A stretch of DNA of 64,000 nt from an uncultured Bacillota bacterium. GTDB lineage: Bacteria; Bacillota; Dehalobacteriia; UBA7702. Both the position numbers and the translations under genes were made by a program. Below, piece after piece: positions 1 through 7,775 of this stretch. The stretch is taken from NCBI GenBank assembly GCA_902796855.1, contig CADBQN010000037.1, forward strand, positions 761-64,760. The letters run 5' to 3'. Positions within the stretch are counted from its first letter, which is position 1; the number at the start of each line of letters is the position of its first letter. The notes beneath the pieces were generated by a model. That model worked only from the letters and a program-made list of their open reading frames with translations, did not search any database and was not told where the DNA came from.

Positions 1-547
1 GCGCCGCGCCGCAGAGCTCGCAGAGGCCGCGCCACGCTTTGAGCCGGGCAGGGGCTTCCTCCCCGAAGAGACGGCGGGGACGAAAGGCGGAGCAGGGATG
101 CACCACCCCGACCCGCCAGGGGACGGGACGGGCCACGGCGTTTCTCACCGCCGCGGCTTCCCCGGCCAGAAAGGGAACGATGTGCTCCGCCGCTTCCCCG
201 CCGCCACAGCCCAGGCCCAAGGGAGCCAAAAAAGCGTTGATCTCCCGGCGATAGGCTCCGTCCTCCGCCAGCCGCGCCTTCACCCGGGCAAAGGCGTTAT
301 AGCAGCCGCCGCAGAGCGTGACCAGAGGTTTCCCCTCTCTCGCCGCCAGCGCCAGGTTATAGGCGGCCAGCCGGTCCTCGCCGATGCCGGCGCCTCTCAG
401 ATAGGAGCCGCAGCAGACCGCCTCCTTTAAAGGGGCGGCGCTGACGCCGAGACGGCCCAGGACGAAGACGGCGCTCTTTTCGTACTCCGGAAAGCGGTAC
501 GCGACGAGACAGCCGGGATATAACAGAACCTCGCGGGGGAATCCCAT
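1..547 (-). CDS. HdrB-like CCG-domain protein (heterodisulfide reductase subunit B family), partial, runs off the window edge
   Basis: Not in the ORF track. Manual translation from ATG 547 after AGGAAGGTGGTG gives MGFPREVLLYPGCLVAYRFPEYEKSA...EAVCCGS...AYNLALAAREGKPLVTLCGGCYNAF...VVHPCSAFRP, open to position 2; complete CCG motif. Confidence 0.85.
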   Translation of the reverse strand, partial: MGFPREVLLYPGCLVAYRFPEYEKSAVFVLGRLGVSAAPLKEAVCCGSYLRGAGIGEDRLAAYNLALAAREGKPLVTLCGGCYNAFARVKARLAEDGAYRREINAFLAPLGLGCGGGEAAEHIVPFLAGEAAAVRNAVARPVPWRVGVVHPCSAFRPRRLFGEEAPARLKAWRGLCELCGAA

Positions 548-582
548 CTTTCGCCACCACCTTCCTGATAAATCTCAAATGT

Positions 583-1017
583 TCAGCCGCCGAGCTCCGC
601 CAGCTTCCGCTGACGGGCGATTTCCTTTTCCAGCCAGCTCATATACGCTTCGCCGCGGAGCAGCTGCTCCAGATCGGCGGGATCGGTCATTTTGATTTTT
701 ACCATCCAGCCCGCGCCGTAACAGTCGTCGTTGATGAGATTGGGCTCAAACTCCAGTTCCTCGTTGACTTCCAATATCTCGCCGCTGACGAGGGCGTAGA
801 CCCGCCCCACCCATTTGCCGGATTCCACCGACATGAAGGGCTTTTCCCGGATGATCTTTTTGCCGGGATTCGGCGATTCCACATAGACGATCTCCCCGGC
901 GGAATCCACGGCGAAGCTGGTAAAGCCCATCGTCACCACGTCGCCTTCGACTCTGCCCCAAAAATGATGTTTGTCATAGTACAACTCGTCGGGATAATTG
1001 TAATCCTCAAACCGCAT
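583..1017 (-). CDS. Lipoate-binding GcvH-family protein (LbpA-like lipoylation motif)
   Basis: PDELYYDKHHFW, lipoyl-Lys motif SVESGKWVG, INDDCYGAGW; no gcvP/gcvT in the window. Confidence 0.9.
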   Translation of the reverse strand: MRFEDYNYPDELYYDKHHFWGRVEGDVVTMGFTSFAVDSAGEIVYVESPNPGKKIIREKPFMSVESGKWVGRVYALVSGEILEVNEELEFEPNLINDDCYGAGWMVKIKMTDPADLEQLLRGEAYMSWLEKEIARQRKLAELGG

Positions 1018-1041
1018 AACCGCGCCTCCTCTGTTTTTTCT

Positions 1042-2217
1042 TTACTGATTTGCCTCGTAAGCCGCCATGGAGCGATCCACCAGTTCCGTGATGTCCGCGA
1101 AGCGCAGACGGATCTTTTTCCGGCGGGCGTTCCCCTGGAGCGTGCGCTTGCACTGCTGGCACCCGGAAACGACGGTCTTCGCCGCCGTCGCCTCGGCCTC
1201 CCGCAGCCGCGCCTCGGCAATGACCTCGGTCAGGGCGGGGTCCACCGCCTCTAAGTTCCCGCCGCCGCCGCAGCAGGCGGCGTCACTGCCGGAACATTCC
1301 ATTTCCACCAGTTCCAGACCGGGGATCTGGTTCAGCACGTAGCGGGGCTCCTCAAAAACGCCGCTGTTGCGCCCGAGGTCGCAGGGGTCGTGATACGTCA
1401 CGCGCTCTTCCACGGGACCCAGCCGCAGGCGGTCCGCAGCGATTTCCCGGGCCAGCCACTGACTGGCGTGGAGCACCTCAAAGGGCGTTTCCCCGCCGAG
1501 AATTTCCGGGTAAAAGTCGCGCCAGGCGTGGAAGCAGGAAGGACAGGTCGTGACGACGGTCCTGACGCCCAGCTCCTTCGCGGCGGCGACATTGTGTTCC
1601 GCCTGTTTTCTGATCCGCTCCGGTTCCCCGGCGGCGGCCAGGGGAAAACCGCAGCAGGACTCGTTTTCACCCAACACGGTGAAATCCGCGCCGGACCGCG
1701 TCAGGATCCGGGTAAAGGCCTGGGGGATGCCGTAAATCTGGGGATAGAGTGCGCCGGAGCAGCCGGTGAAATAGAGGAGCTCCGCCTTTTGCCCCACCCG
1801 CTTTAAAACCGCTTCGTCGTCCATGGCCTCCAGCCACAGGCGGCGGTTCTCCGGGGCGTCCCCGGCGGTGTTGCCGGTCTCGTCGATGGCGGCGGCCAGG
1901 CGCCGCATGTTTTCGGGGCCCTTTTCCCCGGCGGCAATCCGTCGGCGCATTTCCAGCCAGACCGACACCGTGTCGATCCGGGCGGAACAGGTCTCACGGC
2001 ACTGACCGCAGAGGGTACACTGGAATAGCCGCGCGATGTCCTTTTCCGTCAGCTTACCGTGAAAGGCCAGCTTGCGCGTGATTTCCATTTTTGCCCGGGG
2101 GGAGGCGGATTCCCAGCCGAGGCCTTCGTAAACGGGGCAGTCCACGCGGCAGTAGCCGCAGCGGGCGCAGACGAGGGCCTCCTTTTTCAGATTTTCAAAT
2201 ATCGGTTTCCCGCGCAT
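1042..2217 (-). CDS. Fe-S oxidoreductase with two 4Fe-4S motifs and two CCG domains (GlcF/HdrD-like)
   Basis: CARCGYCRVDCP and CTLCGQCRETC; FTGC..SCCG..TTCPSC and HDPCDLGR..CCGGGG..GCQQC; start moved to ATG 2217 (MRGKPIF) after GGAGG. Confidence 0.9.
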   Translation of the reverse strand: MRGKPIFENLKKEALVCARCGYCRVDCPVYEGLGWESASPRAKMEITRKLAFHGKLTEKDIARLFQCTLCGQCRETCSARIDTVSVWLEMRRRIAAGEKGPENMRRLAAAIDETGNTAGDAPENRRLWLEAMDDEAVLKRVGQKAELLYFTGCSGALYPQIYGIPQAFTRILTRSGADFTVLGENESCCGFPLAAAGEPERIRKQAEHNVAAAKELGVRTVVTTCPSCFHAWRDFYPEILGGETPFEVLHASQWLAREIAADRLRLGPVEERVTYHDPCDLGRNSGVFEEPRYVLNQIPGLELVEMECSGSDAACCGGGGNLEAVDPALTEVIAEARLREAEATAAKTVVSGCQQCKRTLQGNARRKKIRLRFADITELVDRSMAAYEANQ

Positions 2218-2218
2218 G

Positions 2219-3658
2219 TCAACGCCTCCTTCCGATCCGCAGCACGCGGCTGCCGAGGTTCGCCGCGAAACAGGCCAGGCCAAAGAGGGCCGGCGGCATC
2301 AGCTTTGGCGGCCGATAGAATTTCCCCGGGTTCATCCGGTTCTCCGGATCCAGCCGTTCCTTCGCTTCCCGGGCCTCGGCGAGGGACGCCGGATCCCGGG
2401 AGCGTTTCAGATAAACGGTGTTCCAGACGCCGGTGCCGTAGGGCCGTCCGCCGCAGGCGATGGCGGCGTCGTTGATTTTTTTCGTTTTCGCCAGGTAAAA
2501 CAGGTAGCGCAGCGTCTGCGATTCGTCGGCGTAATACTGCGCCATCACGTTGGCCTGCTGACCGCTCATCATGTGACCGTAGACGGACACGCGCTGACGG
2601 AGCTTTTTCACCCGGCCGTAAAAGTCGTTCAGCCGCGCCATCGGCAGGATCACTTCCGCCGCCAGCAGCGTCGGGCCGTTTCGCTTGATCCGCAGGGAAT
2701 AGAGACGCTCTTCCCATTCTTCCGCCGCCGTTTCGTCGGAGCAGAGGCGGACGCCGGTCTTCAGGCGGATCGTCTCGGCGTAGGCGCGGCAGGCGGCCAT
2801 ATCCGCCGCGGCGCCGCGGTAGGAGAGCGTCACCAAAAAGCCGCTGACCTCGGGGACTTCATACCCCATCCGCTTTTGAAAATCGAGGCAGGTGCGGTCG
2901 GCAAAATGACCGTTGAACGGCTTGACCGGGCCTTTTTCCGCCATGTCCATGATCTTTGCCGCGACGATGGCCGAGGGGGCCGCGAAGGAAACGTGATACG
3001 CCGCTTCCGCCAGGGGCACCACCTTAAAGGTGAGGCGGGTCACAATGGCGAGGGTGCCCTCCTTGCCCGCGAAGAGGGAGAGGGGCCGCGGGCCGGCGGC
3101 GTCGGCGTCAAATTCCTCACCGGAGGCCAAAATCACGTGGGCGGATTCCACCAGGTCGTGGAAACAGCCCCAGGCCATGCTGCCGATGCCCTGCCCCTCC
3201 ATACTGAACCAGCCGCCCACCGTGGAGGAAACGGCGCTGCTGGGATAGGAGCAGAGGGTGAACCCCTCCCGGTTCAGGTCTTTTTCCAGCGCGCTCCAGG
3301 CGGTGCCGCACCAGACTTCGGCGACGCCCCGTTCCTTATCGAGGCGGATCAGGCCGCTGAGGCCGGTGAGATCCATCACCATGCCGCCGCTGACCGGCAC
3401 CGCGTTCATATAGGCCGAAGTGCCCCCGGCCCGGGGCGTGATGGCCATGTGATTGTCCCGGGCGTAGGCGACCAGCTGACGGACATCCTCCTCGCTTTGG
3501 GGGCGGGCCGCCAGCTCGGCGCCGACCCGGAACATCAGTTTCACCAGAAAACCGGGGAACGAGGCCATATCCCGGGTATAAAACGACGTTTCAAAGGGAT
3601 CGTCGGTGACGCGGCCGTTCAGTTTTTCCTTTAAGAGATCAAAATTTTCCGCTGTCAT
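2219..3658 (-). CDS. FAD-binding oxidoreductase, GlcD/D-lactate dehydrogenase family
   Basis: RPQSEEDV..ITPRAGGTS, YPSSAVSSTVGGW, GKEGTLAIVT, C-terminal LDPENRMNPGK. Confidence 0.9.
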   Translation of the reverse strand: MTAENFDLLKEKLNGRVTDDPFETSFYTRDMASFPGFLVKLMFRVGAELAARPQSEEDVRQLVAYARDNHMAITPRAGGTSAYMNAVPVSGGMVMDLTGLSGLIRLDKERGVAEVWCGTAWSALEKDLNREGFTLCSYPSSAVSSTVGGWFSMEGQGIGSMAWGCFHDLVESAHVILASGEEFDADAAGPRPLSLFAGKEGTLAIVTRLTFKVVPLAEAAYHVSFAAPSAIVAAKIMDMAEKGPVKPFNGHFADRTCLDFQKRMGYEVPEVSGFLVTLSYRGAAADMAACRAYAETIRLKTGVRLCSDETAAEEWEERLYSLRIKRNGPTLLAAEVILPMARLNDFYGRVKKLRQRVSVYGHMMSGQQANVMAQYYADESQTLRYLFYLAKTKKINDAAIACGGRPYGTGVWNTVYLKRSRDPASLAEAREAKERLDPENRMNPGKFYRPPKLMPPALFGLACFAANLGSRVLRIGRRR

Positions 3659-4959
3659 AGGGTCTCCTTTCTCTTTCTCCCGGGCGGGCGGAACTCCCGC
3701 AGATACGATGATAGCTGATGGGGAATGACGATGTTTCGGCGGATATCGCCGATATCGCCGGCGGCAGCGGGCAGCGCCGCGCCTTTTTCCATCAGCGCCA
3801 GCAGCGGCCCGGCGAATTCCAGCGTTCCCACCATCTGCGCGCCGACAAGGCGGTTCCGCCGCAGCAGCAGACGGGTATAGCCGCCGCCGGCAGACCGTTC
3901 CGCCACACGATACCGCCGCCCTTCCAGATCGTCTTCCGTCGCGCCAAAGGCCAGCACCGGCGTTTCGCCGACGTAGGTCAGCAGCACCGCCAAAGAACCG
4001 GGAAAGGGCTTACGCCGTCCCGCCGCGGCGAGACCGGCGGTCTCGCCCTGACGGGCGGCGGCTTCCCACAGCAGGTTCAGCACCGGCTTTTGGGTAAGCC
4101 GGTCCGTCGATTCGGTACAGTCCCCGGCGGCGTAGAAATCGGGGAGGTTCGTGGCCATGCAGTCATCGACGAGGATGCCGCCGGTCTCGCCCAAAGCGAC
4201 GCCGGCGTCTGCGGCCAACTCGACCCGGGGACGGACCCCCACGGCCCAAAGCACCAGGTCACAGGGGATCTTTTCGTGATTTGTCTCCGCGAAGGCGACT
4301 TTGCCTTCGCCCTTCACGGCGTTGACGCTCTCGCCGGTGAGGACGCGGATTCCGCGTTTTTCCACCTCGGCGGCGACCAGCGCCGCGGTATCCCGGTCGA
4401 GGGATTTCGGGATGACCCGATCCATCAGCTCCACCAACGTCACCCGTTCGCAGCCGCTTTCCTTCAGCGCCAGGGCGCCCTCGAGGCCGATGGCGCCGGA
4501 GCCGACGACCACGGCGGAAGAGGCCTTCTGCGCCAGCAGGCCGTCAACGTCGGCGACGGTCTTCATCACCCGGTTCCCCGGCAGGCCGATGCCCTCGATC
4601 CTCCGGGGCAGAATGGGAAAGCTGCCGGCGGCGTAGATCAGCCGGTCATAAGCGATGACGTGTTTTTCCGTCACGGCTTTTTTCTCCCCGTGGCGGATCT
4701 CCAGCACCTCTTCCCCGAAAAGGACGCCGACGCCGTCTTTTTCGTAATCCTCGGCGCGGCGGATGAAGATCTCCTCCCGGGGGATATGCCCGGCGAGATA
4801 ATCCGGCAGGGCCCCGGCGGCGTAGGCGGGACAGGACTCGCCGCTGACGATGAGGATCCGCAGCGCAGGGTCTTCCCGGCGGGCCGCGGCGGCGGCGCGG
4901 ATACCGGCGACGCCGTTGCCGATGATCAGCAGATCCGTTTCGCGATTCGGTTTTGCCAT
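3655..4959 (-). CDS. FAD-dependent pyridine nucleotide-disulfide oxidoreductase (NirB/AorC-like)
   Basis: IIGNGVAG, VVGSGAIGLE and TNLPDFYAAGDC motifs; start at MAKPNRET. Confidence 0.9.
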   Translation of the reverse strand: MAKPNRETDLLIIGNGVAGIRAAAAARREDPALRILIVSGESCPAYAAGALPDYLAGHIPREEIFIRRAEDYEKDGVGVLFGEEVLEIRHGEKKAVTEKHVIAYDRLIYAAGSFPILPRRIEGIGLPGNRVMKTVADVDGLLAQKASSAVVVGSGAIGLEGALALKESGCERVTLVELMDRVIPKSLDRDTAALVAAEVEKRGIRVLTGESVNAVKGEGKVAFAETNHEKIPCDLVLWAVGVRPRVELAADAGVALGETGGILVDDCMATNLPDFYAAGDCTESTDRLTQKPVLNLLWEAAARQGETAGLAAAGRRKPFPGSLAVLLTYVGETPVLAFGATEDDLEGRRYRVAERSAGGGYTRLLLRRNRLVGAQMVGTLEFAGPLLALMEKGAALPAAAGDIGDIRRNIVIPHQLSSYLREFRPPGRKRKETL

Positions 4960-4963
4960 GGTC

Positions 4964-5881
4964 TCACCTTCCTTTCCCAAGCAGTTCGCGGCCTTGGCGC
5001 GCCGCCTTGCGGGCGGATTCGGTCAGTTCCGTTTCCCGGCAGTTCGCGCCGGTCACGGCGTTATACAAAGCCAGGGCTTTCCTGAGCTTATCATCGATAA
5101 AATCATAGTTCTCCCAGGCGAGGCCGAGGAGGGAAAGGGCCGTTTTTTCCAGTTCCTCCCGGGAATCCGCGAAGGACAGAAGACGCCCGGCGCCGAGGTT
5201 CCGCTCACCGCCCGGGGAGAGATAACGGGCGGGACGCGCCGTCGTTTCCCCTGCGGGACAGTCCCCGCGGAATTCGGCGCAGAGGCGGAGGAACCGTTCG
5301 GGATCGGCGACGGGGATGCCGCCGTGGCCCGACACGACGACGGCGGAGAGGTTCTTTTCCCGGAAGAGACCGGCGAAAAAAGCGTCGCCCAAAGGGAAAT
5401 CGCCGTCTTCCGACAACGCGCCGTCGGCTTCGGTGACGATGACGCGCTCACCGTCGGCGGTAAAGGAGCGAAGCTCCCGCAAAAAGTCCTCTTCCCTTCT
5501 CTTCCGCAGCGGCACGACGGAGACTTCCCCGTCCCGGATCAAAAGCGCCGCTTTTTTCGCGGCTTTTCCCGTGACGCAGAGATGCTCAAAACCGCTGTGC
5601 CGCAGATAGGCCCCGAAACGCCCCTCGGCCGCGGCCGCGGCGAACACGCCGCCGGACGCGCCGCACCAGGTCATGCCGGCGGAACCCGGCGCGCCGGTGC
5701 CGGTGACTTTGCCGGCGGAGACGGAAACAAAGGGACGCCCCTTTTCCAGCAGGCACAGGAAGAGCGGCGGCAGAAAGCCCCAGCCGCTTCGGGGGAACCC
5801 GTTTTCCTCGCCGCCGAGACTCAGCGTCTCGGCGCTTTCGGTATTCAGATCAACAAACAGGCATTTCGATACGTCGCGCAC
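4964..5881 (-). CDS. Shortened, divergent aldehyde:ferredoxin oxidoreductase-like protein (mostly the N-terminal domain)
   Basis: LFVDLNTES, GRFGAYLRHSGFEHLCVTGKAAKKAALLIRDGEV and EKNLSAVVVSG resemble the AOR N-domain; only 305 aa; lies between Fe-S and FAD subunit genes. Confidence 0.65.
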   Translation of the reverse strand: MRDVSKCLFVDLNTESAETLSLGGEENGFPRSGWGFLPPLFLCLLEKGRPFVSVSAGKVTGTGAPGSAGMTWCGASGGVFAAAAAEGRFGAYLRHSGFEHLCVTGKAAKKAALLIRDGEVSVVPLRKRREEDFLRELRSFTADGERVIVTEADGALSEDGDFPLGDAFFAGLFREKNLSAVVVSGHGGIPVADPERFLRLCAEFRGDCPAGETTARPARYLSPGGERNLGAGRLLSFADSREELEKTALSLLGLAWENYDFIDDKLRKALALYNAVTGANCRETELTESARKAARQGRELLGKGR

Positions 5882-5902
5882 GCGCCATCCCCTCCTTTGA
5901 TG

Positions 5903-6367
5903 TCAGCGGTTCCCGCCGAACCGCTCCCGGGCATGACCTTCCCGGAAACGGCGGCTGATTTCGGCTTCCTCAAGATAGGCCAACGCTCCCGTCGGGCAGA
6001 CTTTCACGCAGAGCGGGTCGCCCCCGCACAGATCGCAGGTGACGTAAACGTCACGGACGCTGTCGTACACCGGCGCGCCGAAGGGGCACATGACCTCACA
6101 GGCGCCGCAGGCGAAGCAGCCCTCCTCCCGGCGCGTCACGGCGCCGTCGGCGCCGCGGTCGACGACCCCTTTTAAGCAGGCGGTCACACAGACGGGATCG
6201 GCGCAGTGCTGGCAGTAGACGACGTTCAGACCGTCGGCGCCGGCATAACGCTCCACACGGATGGCGCTTTCGCCGGGGCGCACCTCCCCGGCGCGTTTCA
6301 GGGAGCACAGCGCCTGACAGACGCCGCAGCCGCCGCACTTGGATCGCTCGATCATCAGTTTTTTCAC
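5903..6367 (-). CDS. 4Fe-4S dicluster electron-transfer protein (DmsB/CooF/AorA-like)
   Basis: Four Cys clusters: CGGCGVCQALC, CQHCADPVCVTAC, CFACGACEVMCP, CDLCGGDPLCVKVCP. Confidence 0.92.
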   Translation of the reverse strand: MKKLMIERSKCGGCGVCQALCSLKRAGEVRPGESAIRVERYAGADGLNVVYCQHCADPVCVTACLKGVVDRGADGAVTRREEGCFACGACEVMCPFGAPVYDSVRDVYVTCDLCGGDPLCVKVCPTGALAYLEEAEISRRFREGHARERFGGNR

Positions 6368-6465
6368 AAGGCCTCACCTTCCTCCCCCGGCCCCGCCAAA
6401 GCGCGGATCAGCCGTTGCCGGGGAGCGCCCGAAACGACCGCCCCCGCGCTGTTTGCCTTTGGAAT

Positions 6466-6482
6466 ATGCAAAAACGATACCA
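6466..6482 (-). promoter_or_regulatory. sigma54 (-24/-12) promoter of the redox operon
   Basis: Minus strand TGGTATCGTTTTTGCAT = GG-N10-GC, about 100 bp upstream of the first gene. Confidence 0.7.
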
Positions 6483-6614
6483 AAACGATGCCGGGGCGCA
6501 AAAAAAGAGGAAGCCCGCCGGGCTTCCCTTTGCCAAAGAGCCGTTTTTTTATCATGCGTTTTTCTTATCACCGGCCGCCGCGCCCCCGTTCCCCCGGCCG
6601 AAGCCTCGGCGGGA

Positions 6615-6683
6615 TGTCCCACCGGGCGGCGGCGCGGAACAAAAATGTCTCATTTGCCGGAAGCCGGGACAAATCTGTCTCAT
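6615..6683. promoter_or_regulatory. Putative sigma54 enhancer (activator-binding) repeats
   Basis: TGTCCCAC (6615), TGTCTCAT (6646) and TGTCTCAT (6676) at about 30-bp spacing, with an inverted GGGACA at 6666, 130-200 bp upstream of the sigma54 promoter. Confidence 0.5.
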
Positions 6684-6721
6684 CAAATAAAATCCCTGTT
6701 CAAGATCGGTTCGACGCCGTT

Positions 6722-7378
6722 TCAGCGGCCCCGGTAACGGCGGCGGCGCAGCAGGAGCCGCGCCCGTTCCTCTTCCCGGACGGCATCGATTTTGCCCTCG
6801 TCGGGAACGCAGCCGGAAAAACGGCGGAACGACGCGATGACCTCGGGGAAACGCCGTTCCGGCCGGGGAAAATCCCCGACATCGAGAAGGGAAACCGCCG
6901 CGAAGATCCGCCCCAGCGTCACCTCGGCCGGTTCCTCCATGATGCCGTCCCAGTCGAGGAAGAAGAGCTCTTCCCCATGAACCAGGAGGTTCCTGGCGTT
7001 CACGTCGGGAGGAGAAAACAACGTCGTCGGCCCGCTCCCCGCCGCGGCGAGGCGGGAAACACCCTTTGCCAGCGGCAGCGGCCAGGGTCCGTCCGATTCA
7101 ACGAGAGAGGTCAGCAGCGTCCCCGGGAGATACCGCCGCAGGAGCCAGCCGTCCCCGAGGACGACGGCGGCGGGAGCGGGAAGGCCCAGCTCCCGACAGC
7201 GCTCCAGGACGGAAAATTCCGTTTTCTCGCCGCCGTCGGGGAAGATCTTCAAAATATAGGTCTCATCACCGCCGGCGACGCGGTACACGTCGCCGCGGCG
7301 GCTGAAATAATGCTGTTTTACGGTCAATCGCCGCCCCGATTTTGCCGCCGCCTCGTTCAGAATCCGTTCCGCAATCAT
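6722..7378 (-). CDS. Kinase-like phosphotransferase (APH/Kdo/RIO fold), function unknown
   Basis: VYRV..YILKIF, catalytic-loop-like DVNARNLL and Mg-binding-like FLDWD; RBS GGAGGTGG. Confidence 0.7.
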   Translation of the reverse strand: MIAERILNEAAAKSGRRLTVKQHYFSRRGDVYRVAGGDETYILKIFPDGGEKTEFSVLERCRELGLPAPAAVVLGDGWLLRRYLPGTLLTSLVESDGPWPLPLAKGVSRLAAAGSGPTTLFSPPDVNARNLLVHGEELFFLDWDGIMEEPAEVTLGRIFAAVSLLDVGDFPRPERRFPEVIASFRRFSGCVPDEGKIDAVREEERARLLLRRRRYRGR

Positions 7379-7489
7379 CGTCCCACCTCCATAAAATCGT
7401 TCTTGAGCTGGTATTTTTTAAAACCGGTTCCGTTCTCGCTTTCAGTATGCCACAAAGGACGGAAAAAAGCAACAAACCGAAATCCGTAT

Positions 7490-7518
7490 TTGCCTTTTGA
7501 AAATCCCCGTGGTATAAT
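7490..7518 (+). promoter_or_regulatory. sigmaA promoter of the ABC-mobA operon
   Basis: TTGCCT-N17-TATAAT with extended TGn. Confidence 0.65.
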
Positions 7519-7549
7519 GTGGAAAATTTCAACTGAGGGCAAATATTTA

Positions 7550-7676
7550 CACTCTCCGAGTCGTTTTTCCTGTCTTGAAGAAAGTGGAAATCCGACCTGG
7601 GCGCGGTTCCCGCCGGGAGTCCGGGCCCACGGGGCGCGAAGGGAAACGTTCGCGCCTGCCATTTCGCAAAGGAGCG
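7550..7676 (+). ncRNA. Moco/Tuco-type riboswitch candidate
   Basis: 5' CTCCGAG and 3' GCCTGCCATTTCGCAAAGGAG (cf. recalled consensus GCCUCCCG..UGGAAAGGAG), GCGCGAAG-GGAAAC-GTTCGCGC hairpin; operon ends in mobA. Confidence 0.75.
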
Positions 7677-7775
7677 GTTTTTTTGACGTGCCGTCTTCGG
7701 CTGAATGATCGTATGTATCGCGTCCTTTTTTGGGGGGAACGCGGTTTTTTTGAGGTTTTGGGGAAGAGGTGGCTT

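Noticed and set aside
357-578. 73-aa Arg-rich ORF in the track
   Set aside because: Wrong frame; the overlapping frame from ATG 547 encodes the HdrB-like protein.
583-1017. Glycine cleavage system
   Set aside because: No P or T protein in the window, atypical lipoyl motif and Hdr-type context.
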